31,923 nucleotides of DNA from Macrostomum lignano (lineage: Eukaryota). The notes beneath the pieces are model-generated. The model had not been told where the DNA came from, searched no databases, and saw nothing but the letters and a program-made list of their open reading frames with translations. Numbering within the stretch: position 1 is the first letter of the stretch; every line of letters starts with the position of its first letter. The stretch spans positions 1-31,923 of the forward strand of contig NIVC01002118.1 of assembly GCA_002269645.1 (NCBI GenBank). Direction: 5' to 3'. The translations under genes were made by a program, and so were the position numbers. This document shows positions 20,201-31,859 of the stretch, in pieces.

Positions 20201-23200
20201 TGCCTAAACACCTTAACAACGCTGCCATAGCAACCAGCTCGAAGTTTGAGCCCCGCCGCCCCCTCCCCCACCCAGATCGGTGGCCGGCGTCATTCTTCGT
20301 GAGCGCCTGCCGGCATTCGAGCGGATGCTGTGGCGAGTTTGCCGGGGCAACGTCTTCCTCAAGCAGGCGGAGATCGACACGGCCCTGGAGGACCCGGCCA
20401 CCGGCGACAAGGTGCTCAAGTCGGTGTTTATCATCTTCTTCCAGGGCGAGCAACTGAAGACTCGGGTGAAGAAGATCTGCGAAGGATTCCGGGCCACGCT
20501 GTACCCGTGCCCGGACAGCCAGGCGGAGCGGCGCGAGATGGCCATCAGCGTGATGACGCGGATCGAGGACCTCAACACCGTGCTCAACACCACGGTGGAC
20601 CATCGGATGCGAGTGCTCATGGCCGCGGCCAAGAACCTCCGCCTGTGGTTCATCAAGGTCGGCAAGATCAAAGCCATCTACCACACACTGAACATGTTCA
20701 ATGTTGAGGCCACCAACAAGTGCCTTATCGCCGAGGCCTGGTGCGCTGTTGACGATCTGGACAAGATTCACTTGGCGCTGAGGCGTGGCACCGAGAGGGC
20801 CGGGAGTTCGATTCCTCCTATTCTCAACCGGATGTCCACCAGGTTAGGCGCTGCTTCACTGACTTGTCCAATTCACTGAATGTAAACTGCATCCTGAACT
20901 CCATCATTCACAGATTGTGAACTCCATCATTCACAGATTGTGAACTCCATCATTCACAGATTGTGAACTCCATCATTCACAGATTGTGAACTCCATCATT
21001 CACAGATTGTGAACTCCATCATTCACAGATTGTGAACTCCATCATTCACAGATTGTGAACTCCATCATTCACAGATTGTGAACTCCATCATTCACAGATT
21101 GTGAACTCCATCATTCACAGATTGTGAACTCCATCATTCACAGATTGTGAACTGCATCATTCACAAATTGTGAACTGCATCCTAAACTCCATCATTCACA
21201 AATTGTGAACTCCATCATTCACAGATTGTGAACTCCATCATTCACAGATTGTGAACTGCATCATTCACAAATTGTGAACTGCATCATTCACAGATTGTGA
21301 ACTGCATCATTCACAAATTGTGAACTGCATCCTAAACTCCATCATTCACAGATTGTGAACCGCATCCTGAGCTCGCCAAACTTACAGCTCTTGAACCCCC
21401 CCCGCAGGGAGATGCCCCCAACCTACTTCCGGGTCAACAAGCTGACCTCCGGCTTCCAGAGCATCATCGACGCGTACGGCGTGGCGTCCTACCGCGAGGC
21501 GAACCCCTCGCCCTTCGCCATCGTGACCTTCCCGTTCCTGTTCGCCGTGATGTACGGCGACTTCGGGCACGGCACGCTGATGTTCCTGGCTGCGCTGTGG
21601 ATGGTGCTGCGGGAGAAGCAGCTGGCGCCTACTGCCAAGCTGTCCGAGATCTGGGCCACGTTTTTTAATGGCCGCTACATCATACTCATGATGGGGGCCT
21701 TCTCCATCTACACCGGGCTTATTTATAATGACTGCTTCTCCAGGTGAGGCCCACCCACCGGGTTCTAGTAGTATTCTGCGCACCTGAACTGTGTCCGTTT
21801 TTTGTGTTCGGGATCTGGGATCTGGAATCTGGGATTTCAGATTTGGAGTCTGGGATTTCGGATTTGGGATCTGGGATTTCGGATTTGGGATCTGCACTGG
21901 GATTTTGGATTTCGGATCTGCACTGGGATTTTGAATTTGGGATCTGGGATTTGGACTTGGGATCTGGGGTTTTGAATTTGGGATCTGGGATTTCAGATTT
22001 GGGATCTCGGATGTCGGACTTGGGATCTGGGATGTCAGATTTGGGATCTGGGATGTCGGATTTGGGATCTAGGATTTTGGGTTTGGGCTCTAGGATTTCG
22101 GATTTGGGATCTCTAATTTCGGATTTGGAATCAAGGTCGGATTTGGGATCTGGGATGTCGGATTTGGGATTTGGGATGTCGGATTTGGGATTCGAGATCT
22201 CCGATAACAGCGTTTGACTCTAGGATTTGAGATTTGTCATACTATATCAAATATTTGGGATTTGGGATTCAAGAGGTGAAATTGGGTCGAGTTTAGTAAT
22301 TTAAAAAGCTTGTCTAAGCAAACTCGCATCAATGCTGTTTATGATCTTCGGATTTCTGAGATGGAGATCGTGCAGGGACAAATTCTCTCATTTATCCCCA
22401 TCGGCCATGCAGGTCGGTGAACATCTTCGGCTCCGGCTGGAGCGTACGCGGCCAGTTCAACCAGTCCCTGACGCCCGACCAGATTCGAACTCAGGTCCGC
22501 GGCATCGAGTCGCTCCAGCTGAACCCCAACGACGCCCAGGCGAAGGCCTGGCGGGCCAACCCCTACCCGTTCGGCCTGGACCCGGTGTGGCAGGTGTCCG
22601 GCAACAAGATCACCTTCACCAACAGCATCAAGATGAAGACCTCCGTGGTGCTGGGCGTCATCCACATGCTGTTTGGCGTGTTTGTCAGCCTCACTAACCA
22701 TCTGCACCGCCGGGACATGCTGTCAGTTGTTGGCGAGTTCGTGCCGCAGGTCCTGTTCCTGCTGGGCATGTTCGGCTACCTGGTGATCCTCATCCTGTAC
22801 AAGTGGGCCGTCTACTCTGGCCGGAACAGCAACTGCGCCCCGAACCTGCTCATTGGTGAGGCTGTTAGACATCTGCGGTTCAAGGGTGTTAGACATCTGC
22901 GGTTAAAGGGTGTTAGACATCTGCGGTTAAAGGGTGTTAGACATCTGCGGTTAAAGGGTGTTAGACATCTGCGGTTAAAGGGTGTTAGACATCTGCGGTT
23001 AAAGGGTGTTAGACATCTGCGGTTAAAGGGTGTTAGAGATTCAAACGAGGTGTTAAAAGTTTGCGCGAGGGTGTTAGATATCTAAGCGAGGGTGTTAGAT
23101 ATCAACACGAGGTTGTTAGAGATCTAAGCGAGGGTGTTAGAGATCTAAGCGAGGATGTTAGAGGTCTAAGCGAGGGTATATATAGTAAATATCGACACGA

Positions 23201-25588
23201 GGTTGTTAAAGATGTAAGCCGAGGTTGTCAGAGATCTACGACGAGGTTGTTAGAGATCTAAGCAAGACTGTTAGAGATCTAAGCGAGGGTGTTAGAGATC
23301 TCTGCAACCCGTATGAGAGTGTGTTAGATATTTTAGCTAGGGTTATAGATCAGTCAGATTGGAAGGTGCCAGACGGGATGCTGAGCGCTCACCATCGCCC
23401 GCCCGTAGGCCTCATCAACATGTTCCTGTTCCGCTACGACAAAGCCACGAACGGCTGCCCGCCAATCTACACGGGCTATCAGGGCCTGCAGACCTTCCTG
23501 GTGCTGCTCATCATCCCCTGCGCTCCCTGGATGCTGCTGGTCAAGCCGCTGATTCTGCGCCGCCGTCAGCAGATGCTGGCCAGGGGCGGCGCCATGATGG
23601 GGCAGCAGCAGCCGCAGCCGCAGATGCAGCCGGATGCTGGAGTCGATGGTGGAGATCAAACTGAGCTGGGCATGGGCAGCAGCAGGATGGCGGCAACAAT
23701 ATCCATGACGGCGATAAGGCTGTCGATATGGGAGCCGGATATGGGGATCACGGAGAGGAGGTGAGCGGTGACTGTCACACAGTGTCACTAGCATGACTGT
23801 CACACAGTGTCACTAGCATGACTGTCACACAGTGTCACTAGCATGACTGTCACACAGTGTCACTAGCATGACTGTCACACAGTGTCACCAGCCTGACTGT
23901 CAGTGTCACTAGCATGACTGTCACACAGTGTCACCAGCCTGACTGTCACACAGTGTCACCAGCATGACTGTCACACAGTGTCACCAGCATGACTGTCACA
24001 GTGTCACCAGCCTGACTGTCACACAGTGTCACCAGCATGACTGTCACACAGTGTCACCAGCATGACTATCACAGTGTCACCAGCCTGACTGTCACACAGT
24101 GTCACCAGCATGACTGTCACACAGTGTCACCAGCATGACTGTCACACAGTGTCACCAGCATGACTATCACAGTGTCACCAGCCTGACTGTCACACAGTGT
24201 CACCAGCATGACTGTTACACAGTGTCACTAGCATGACTGTCACACAGTGTCACCAGCCTGACTGTCACACAGTGTCACCAGCCTGACTGTCAGTGTCACT
24301 AGCATGACTGTCACACAGTGTCACTAGCATGACTGTCACACAGTGTCACTAGCATGACTGTCACACAGTGTCACCAGCCTGACTGTCACACAGTGTCACC
24401 AGCATGACTGTCAGTGTCACTAGCATGACTGTCAGCGTCACCAGCATGACTGTCACACAGTGTCACCAGCATGACTGTCACACAGTGTCACCAGCATGAC
24501 TATCACAGTGTCACCAGCCTGACTGTCACACAGTGTCACCAGCATGACTGTCACACAGTGTCACCAGCATGACTGTCACACAGTGTCACCAGCATGACTA
24601 TCACAGTGTCACCAGCCTGACTGTCACACAGTGTCACCAGCATGACTGTCACACAGTGTCACTAGCATGACTGTCACACAGTGTCACCAGCATGACTGTC
24701 ACACAGTGTCACCAGCATGACTGTCAGTGTCACCAGCATGACTGTCAGCGTCACCAGCATGACTGTCACACAGTGTCACCAGCATGACTGTCACACAGCG
24801 TCACCAGGCTGACTGTCACACAGTGTCACCAGCATGACTGTCAGTTTCACCAGCATGACTGTCACACAGTGTCACCAGCCTGACTGTCACACAGTGTCAC
24901 CAGCCTGACTGTCACACAGTGTCACCAGCATGACTGTCACACAGCGTCACCAGGCTGACTGTCTCACAGTGTCACCAGCATGACTGTCAGTTTCACCAGC
25001 ATGACTGTCACACAGTGTCACCAGCCTGACTGTCACACAGTGTCACCGGCATGACTGTCACACAGTGTCACCAGCATGACTGTCACACAGTGTCACCAGC
25101 ATGACTATCACAGTGTCACCAGCCTGACTGTCACACAGTGTCACCAGCATGACTGTCACACAGTGTCACCAGCCTGACTGTCACAGTCACCCCGCCCGTC
25201 ACGGCACCCGCAGGTGGACATCGGTGAGGTGTTCGTGCACCAGGCCATCCACACGATCGAGTACTGCCTGAGCTGCATCTCCAACACCGCCAGCTACCTG
25301 CGGCTGTGGGCCCTGTCGCTGGCCCACGCCCAGCTGTCCGAGGTGCTGTGGGGCATGGTGCTGGCCATCGGACTCAAGCGTGAAGGATTCGGCGGCTGCT
25401 TGGCCCTGTTCGTGGCCTTCTCATTCTGGGCTCTGCTCACCGTGGTTGTGCTGCTGCTCATGGAGGGCCTGTCGGCATTTCTGCATGCCCTGCGGCTGCA
25501 CTGGGTGGAGTTCATGAACAAGTTCTACAAGGGAGAGGGCTACAAGTTTGAGCCGTTCTCATTTGCCAGGGCAGAGCTGGAGATGTGA
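16871..25588 (+). CDS. ATP6V0A1: V-type proton ATPase V0 subunit a (116 kDa subunit; ATP6V0A1/Vha100-like), ~863 aa
   Basis: Exons 16871-17293, ~17947-18041 (or alternative 18833-19017/19023), 20276-20842, 21408-21743, 22413-22855, 23409-23760, 25214-25588, all GT-AG. Hallmarks: [63 protein letters not shown] (essential Arg), [11 protein letters not shown]. One 1-nt frameshift near 23675. The specific a1-a4 paralogue name is not meaningful in an invertebrate. Confidence 0.95.
17361..17790. repeat. 42-bp minisatellite, ~10 copies (V-ATPase intron 1)
   Basis: Unit ctgactggggcatgtgcgattccctcacatgagcacacattc. Confidence 0.95.
17947..18041 (+). CDS. ATP6V0A1: V-ATPase a exon 2A (variable linker)
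   Basis: [31 protein letters not shown](Q); donor CA|gtgagt phase 2 joins A TCG GTG of the next exon. Acceptor uncertain (aag at 17946 or cag at 17961, both phase 0). Confidence 0.75.
18058..18071. promoter_or_regulatory. RFX X-box motif (full consensus match)
   Basis: GTTGCTATGGCAAC matches the GTYNCY-AT-RGNAAC consensus; function untested. Confidence 0.45.
18344..18625. repeat. 16-bp minisatellite
   Basis: Unit ttgggaagatt(t/g)tgga. Confidence 0.92.
18833..19023 (+). CDS. ATP6V0A1: Candidate alternative V-ATPase a exon 2B
   Basis: GC-rich open frame [13 protein letters not shown]...GGLKHLQF; phase-0 acceptor tttcaacaag|ACT; phase-2 donors at 19017 (CA|gtttga) or 19023 (GA|gtgaga). Confidence 0.5.
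19133..19632. repeat. ~19-21-bp TG-rich minisatellite
   Basis: Unit tgtgtgcagtgtcggtgcc with variable TG count. Confidence 0.92.
19955..20150. repeat. Degenerate ~25-30-bp repeat with conserved core cccttagcaac (7 copies)
   Basis: Seven ttagcaac cores between 19960 and 20146. Confidence 0.8.
20221..20234. promoter_or_regulatory. Near-consensus RFX X-box
   Basis: GCTGCCATAGCAAC, one mismatch, adjacent to the seven-half-site repeat. Confidence 0.3.
20276..20842 (+). CDS. ATP6V0A1: V-ATPase a exon 3
   Basis: Acceptor cccag|A, donor AG|gttagg; [20 protein letters not shown]...ILNRMST. Confidence 0.93.
20895..21365. repeat. 23-bp minisatellite, ~19 copies
   Basis: Unit tgaactccatcattcacagattg. 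Confidence 0.95.
21408..21743 (+). CDS. ATP6V0A1: V-ATPase a exon 4
   Basis: Acceptor ccgcag|G, donor AG|gtgagg; [11 protein letters not shown]...IYNDCFS. Confidence 0.93.
21808..22270. repeat. Degenerate gggatttcggatttgggatct repeat
   Basis: Recurrent (gat)ttgggatct/ttcg motifs with ~20-bp period. Confidence 0.85.
22413..22855 (+). CDS. ATP6V0A1: V-ATPase a exon 5
   Basis: Acceptor atgcag|G, donor G|gtgagg; SVNIFGSGW...APNLLI. Confidence 0.93.
22860..23350. repeat. 24-bp minisatellite grading into a degenerate ~21-bp repeat
   Basis: ggtgttagacatctgcggttaaag x~7, then gagggtgttagagatctaagc-like units. Confidence 0.88.
23409..23760 (+). CDS. ATP6V0A1: V-ATPase a exon 6 (apparent 1-nt deletion at 23674-23676)
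   Basis: Acceptor cgtag|GC; LINMFL...PWMLLVKP; donor GAG|gtgagc is in phase only after adding one G. Confidence 0.88.
23768..25190. repeat. 25-bp minisatellite (with 21/23-bp deletion variants) filling the whole last V-ATPase intron
   Basis: Unit tgactgtcacacagtgtcac(c/t)agc(a/c). Confidence 0.96.
25214..25588 (+). CDS. ATP6V0A1: V-ATPase a terminal exon
   Basis: Acceptor ccgcag|GTG; [19 protein letters not shown]...FEPFSF; TGA at 25586-25588. Confidence 0.95.
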   Translation: MDIGEVFVHQAIHTIEYCLSCISNTASYLRLWALSLAHAQLSEVLWGMVLAIGLKREGFGGCLALFVAFSFWALLTVVVLLLMEGLSAFLHALRLHWVEFMNKFYKGEGYKFEPFSFARAELEM

Positions 25589-25694
25589 CTCTGGTTGGTG
25601 GACTGGGGTTTCACAGGGACTGATGAGGATGGGAGCCTGGTTTTGAGTAGTCAAGACTGGAGGTTTGTTTGGTTGTTATTTTGTAATTTATTGA

Positions 25695-26090
25695 TTATCA
25701 ATTAGTGATTTATTGATGATCAATCAGTGAATTATTGATGATCAATCAGTGAGTTATTAATGATCAATCAGTGAGTTATTGATGATAAATCAGTGATTTA
25801 TTGATGATAAATCAGTGATTTATTGATGATAAATCAGTGATGTATTGATGATCAATCAGTGACTTATTGATGATCAATCAGTGACTTATTGATGATCAAA
25901 TCAGTGATATTTTGCTGATCAATCAGTGAGTTATTGATGATCAATCAGTGACCTATTGTTGATCAATAAGTGAGTTATTGATGATCAATCAGTGATTTAT
26001 TGATGATCAATCAGTTACTTATTGTTGATCAATCAGTGATATTTTGCTGATCAGTCAGTGACTTATTGATGATCAATCAGTGACTTGATG
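25695..26090. repeat. 22-bp AT-rich minisatellite just 3' of the V-ATPase stop codon
   Basis: Unit atcaatcagtgatttattgatg. Confidence 0.92.
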
Positions 26091-27824
26091 ATTTTCAACA
26101 ATTTTAAAAACCTCGGCTAACGAATAACTTATGATATGGTCAATACACGAAATGATGATGAGAAAGTAATGTTTATCGAGAAAGTTTTCTCAAGACCCTC
26201 GGCATCAGCTGCACATCAATTTAAGCAAACTCAGTCAAGAAATCATTTGAAGCAGAACGTCAGCAGCTGATCCGGCGGTCATTACCCAAGGCGAATTCTT
26301 GCTATAACAAAAATGCATAATTATCTGCTTAACACAAGCGGTCGCGATATTCCTATTTATATTGCTACTCATATTCAGTAGTGTAGTTAGTTTTTTGTTA
26401 TTTTTCTTGTTTAATTTAGTCAGCTGCTTTTTGTTGCTAGGGCGTTTCCGTGTCACACTAGCAAGTTTATCGCTTTAATTCATGCATTATTATTAGCACG
26501 CAGTCACAGGTGTTTAGACATCTCTATTTATATAAAGCTGCCGTTTAATCTATTGGGTCCTAATCCGCAATGATCCTTTAACCTCATACAGCTGGTTTTC
26601 GCAAGCTGTTGAAAATTCAGTCAGTTTAAATATTTACGAGCTGTACTTGTTGTCACTGTTTTGACAGTTTATTTATTCTGTTTACGATGTATTATCTGCA
26701 ATGCTGCAATTCACCTGAAATTATTAATTAAATGTCACGGAATGTTTTTGATTTTGATGTACCTGGTTTTGAAGGCTGCTATCTGAGAGGAATGTACCAA
26801 TGAATTTTTATTCATTAACGCGTTAATAATAATAGAAAAATCAATATTTAGATGTTGTGACATTAGAATTTATTGTTTTAATATATTTAGTCATTTACAC
26901 ACAATGTATTTTATCCCTGTTTATCGCGGTGAGCCGTAGCGAACTTTGCAATTATGGTTAAAATTTGTTAAATCGATTAAAAAAATTGCTTTTAGACTCT
27001 GTAGAATAGAAAATATATACGTATTTGTAAGCAAATATTCTATTCGTGTTGTGGCATTGCAAATTTCTACCATTGCCTCTTCCTTCCTTTGTTCTCTTGG
27101 CGCAACAACCCTTGGCGACACCGTCCATTTCCCTGACTCGTGACCACATACAAGAGCCACAAGCCCAAAGGAATACGGCCGTACATATGAATCTGGTATA
27201 GATGCAGACTCATAAGTGCTCTGCATGCACTCTAGACTAGGATGAATGCGATTTTTGGCCCAGTAAAAACCAATAAGATAAGAAGTGACTCAATGTACCT
27301 GAATAGCTTGCAGTTTCACACTGGCCAGTTTAAAACTGAAATTAGATAAACACACAAAAATCACTTAGACTTGAGCAAAAGCAGAGCTAGCGGTTCAGTG
27401 TGTACGAACACAAGCCCGAGGGGGGGGGCAAAAAACTGGGCGCACGCTATAAAATCTTAAATCAGCCCAAATAATGGTGACAAAACGCATTCGCTGCTAC
27501 TAACCAACACGAGCGCCAAGTTTTTCACTCTATATTTGAAAAAGTCTAACAAAAATTAATAAAAAATAAAAACAAAGTTGCTTAGTAAAAACAGTTCAGC
27601 TGCGGATGTACAGAACAAACGAATGGAGCTGTGGGTTGTCGTTTTATAAATAAATAAAACACATGTGAAAATTTTCACTGTTAATGGGCACTAATAATTA
27701 GACATAAAAAAGCTAATGTTGTCACAAATAAAATAAAAATCATTGTGGCTATCAGCATAAAGAAACACAAAGTTACAAAAATTATTGTTTGATTCAGGGG
27801 TCGACAAGCTTTCACATCTGGGGC

Positions 27825-30800
27825 CAGATGAGAGTGGAAATGATAGGGGATTGAAGATGACAGATGAGAGTGGAAATGATAGGGGATTGAAGATGACAGA
27901 TGAGAGTGGAAATGATAGGGATTGAAGATGACAGATGAGAGTGGAAATGATAGGGGATTGAAGATGACAGATGAGAGTGGAAATGATAGGGGATTGAAGA
28001 TGACAGATGAGAGTGGAAATGATAGGGGATTGAAGATGACAGATGAGAGTGGAAATGATAGGGGATTGAAGATGACAGATGAGAGTGGAAATGATAGGGA
28101 TTGAAGATGACAGATGAGAGTGGAAATGATAGGGGATTGAAGATGACAGATGAGAGTGGAAATGATAGGGGATTGAAGATGACAGATGAGAGTGGAAATG
28201 ATAGGGGATTGAAGATGACAGATGAGAGTGGAAATGATAGGGGATTGAAGATGACAGATGAGAGTGGAAATGATAGGGGATTGAAGATGACAGATGAGAG
28301 TGGAAATGATAGGGGATTGAAGATGACAGATGAGAGTGGAAATGATAGGGGATTGAAGATGACAGATGAGAGTGGAAATGATAGGGGATTGAAGATGACA
28401 GATGAGAGTGGAAATGATAGGGGATTGAAGATGACAGATGAGAGTGGAAATGATAGGGGATTGAAGATGACAGATGAGAGTGGAAATGATAGGGGATTGA
28501 AGATGACAGATGAGAGTGGAAATGATAGGGGATTGAAGATGACAGATGAGAGTGGAAATGATAGGGGATTGAAGATGACAGATGAGAGTGGAAATGATAG
28601 GGGATTGAAGATGACAGATGAGAGTGGAAATGATAGGGGATTGAAGATGACAGATGAGAGTGGAAATGATAGGGGATTGAAGATGACAGATGAGAGTGGA
28701 AATGATAGGGGATTGAAGATGACAGATGAGAGTGGAAATGATAGGGGATTGAAGATGACAGATGAGAGTGGAAATGATAGGGGATTGAAGATGACAGATG
28801 AGAGTGGAAATGATAGGGGATTGAAGATGACAGATGAGAGTGGAAATGATAGGGGATTGAAGATGACAGATGAGAGTGGAAATGATAGGGGATTGAAGAT
28901 GACAGATGAGAGTGGAAATGATAGGGGATTGAAGATGACAGATGAGAGTGGAAATGATAGGGGATTGAAGATGACAGATGAGAGTGGAAATGATAGGGGA
29001 TTGAAGATGACAGATGAGAGTGGAAATGATAGGGGATTGAAGATGACAGATGAGAGTGGAAATGATAGGGGATTGAAGATGACAGATGAGAGTGGAAATG
29101 ATAGGGGATTGAAGATGACAGATGAGAGTGGAAATGATAGGGGATTGAAGATGACAGATGAGAGTGGAAATGATAGGGGATTGAAGATGACAGATGAGAG
29201 TGGAAATGATAGGGGATTGAAGATGACAGATGAGAGTGGAAATGATAGGGGATTGAAGATGACAGATGAGAGTGGAAATGATAGGGGATTGAAGATGACA
29301 GATGAGAGTGGAAATGATAGGGGATTGAAGATGACAGATGAGAGTGGAAATGATAGGGGATTGAAGATGACAGATGAGAGTGGAAATGATAGGGGATTGA
29401 AGATGACAGATGAGAGTGGAAATGATAGGGGATTGAAGATGACAGATGAGAGTGGAAATGATAGGGGATTGAAGATGACAGATGAGAGTGGAAATGATAG
29501 GGGATTGAAGATGACAGATGAGAGTGGAAATGATAGGGGATTGAAGATGACAGATGAGAGTGGAAATGATAGGGGATTGAAGATGACAGATGAGAGTGGA
29601 AATGATAGGGGATTGAAGATGACAGATGAGAGTGGAAATGATAGGGGATTGAAGATGACAGATGAGAGTGGAAATGATAGGGGATTGAAGATGACAGATG
29701 AGAGTGGAAATGATAGGGGATTGAAGATGACAGATGAGAGTGGAAATGATAGGGGATTGAAGATGACAGATGAGAGTGGAAATGATAGGGGATTGAAGAT
29801 GACAGATGAGAGTGGAAATGATAGGGGATTGAAGATGACAGATGAGAGTGGAAATGATAGGGGATTGAAGATGACAGATGAGAGTGGAAATGATAGGGGA
29901 TTGAAGATGACAGATGAGAGTGGAAATGATAGGGGATTGAAGATGACAGATGAGAGTGGAAATGATAGGGGATTGAAGATGACAGATGAGAGTGGAAATG
30001 ATAGGGGATTGAAGATGACAGATGAGAGTGGAAATGATAGGGGATTGAAGATGACAGATGAGAGTGGAAATGATAGGGGATTGAAGATGACAGATGAGAG
30101 TGGAAATGATAGGGGATTGAAGATGACAGATGAGAGTGGAAATGATAGGGGATTGAAGATGACAGATGAGAGTGGAAATGATAGGGGATTGAAGATGACA
30201 GATGAGAGTGGAAATGATAGGGGATTGAAGATGACAGATGAGAGTGGAAATGATAGGGGATTGAAGATGACAGATGAGAGTGGAAATGATAGGGGATTGA
30301 AGATGACAGATGAGAGTGGAAATGATAGGGGATTGAAGATGACAGATGAGAGTGGAAATGATAGGGGATTGAAGATGACAGATGAGAGTGGAAATGATAG
30401 GGATTGAAGATGACAGATGAGAGTGGAAATGATAGGGGATTGAAGATGACAGATGAGAGTGGAAATGATAGGGGATTGAAGATGACAGATGAGAGTGGAA
30501 ATGATAGGGGATTGAAGATGACAGATGAGAGTGGAAATGATAGGGGATTGAAGATGACAGATGAGAGTGGAAATGATAGGGGATTGAAGATGACAGATGA
30601 GAGTGGAAATGATAGGGGATTGAAGATGACAGATGAGAGTGGAAATGATAGGGGATTGAAGATGACAGATGAGAGTGGAAATGATAGGGGATTGAAGATG
30701 ACAGATGAGAGTGGAAATGATAGGGGATTGAAGATGACAGATGAGAGTGGAAATGATAGGGGATTGAAGATGACAGATGAGAGTGGAAATGATAGGGGAT

Positions 30801-31859
30801 TGAAGATGACAGATGAGAGTGGAAATGATAGGGGATTGAAGATGACAGATGAGAGTGGAAATGATAGGGGATTGAAGATGACAGATGAGAGTGGAAATGA
30901 TAGGGGATTGAAGATGACAGATGAGAGTGGAAATGATAGGGGATTGAAGATGACAGATGAGAGTGGAAATGATAGGGGATTGAAGATGACAGATGAGAGT
31001 GGAAATGATAGGGGATTGAAGATGACAGATGAGAGTGGAAATGATAGGGGATTGAAGATGACAGATGAGAGTGGAAATGATAGGGGATTGAAGATGACAG
31101 ATGAGAGTGGAAATGATAGGGGATTGAAGATGACAGATGAGAGTGGAAATGATAGGGGATTGAAGATGACAGATGAGAGAGGAAATGATAGGGGATTGAA
31201 GATGACAGATGAGAGTGGAAATGATAGGGGATTGAAGATGACAGATGAGAGTGGAAATGATAGGGGATTGAAGATGACAGATGAGAGTGGAAATGATAGG
31301 GGATTGAAGATGACAGATGAGAGTGGAAATGATAGGGGATTGAAGATGACAGATGAGAGTGGAAATGATAGGGGATTGAAGATGACAGATGAGAGTGGAA
31401 ATGATAGGGGATTGAAGATGACAGATGAGAGTGGAAATGATAGGGGATTGAAGATGACAGATGAGAGTGGAAATGATAGGGGATTGAAGATGACAGATGA
31501 GAGTGGAAATGATAGGGATTGAAGATGACAGATGAGAGTGGAAATGATAGGGGATTGAAGATGACAGATGAGAGTGGAAATGATAGGGGATTGAAGATGA
31601 CAGATGAGAGTGGAAATGATAGGGGATTGAAGATGACAGATGAGAGTGGAAATGATAGGGGATTGAAGATGACAGATGAGAGTGGAAATGATAGGGGATT
31701 GAAGATGACAGATGAGAGTGGAAATGATAGGGATTGAAGATGACAGATGAGAGTGGAAATGATAGGGGATTGAAGATGACAGATGAGAGTGGAAATGATA
31801 GGGGATTGAAGATGACAGATGAGAGTGGAAATGATAGGATTGAAGATGACAGATGAGAG
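27825..31859. repeat. 36-bp satellite, ~112 nearly identical copies
   Basis: Unit cagatgagagtggaaatgataggggattgaagatga; variants are five GGG units, one GG unit and one T>A substitution at 31180. Confidence 0.99.

Noticed and set aside
26235-27226. Short ORFs downstream of the V-ATPase
   Set aside because: AT-rich, no homology cues, no consistent splice structure.
27825-31859. CRISPR-like array (36-bp repeat)
   Set aside because: Repeats are head-to-tail with no unique spacers, no cas genes, and a eukaryotic context.
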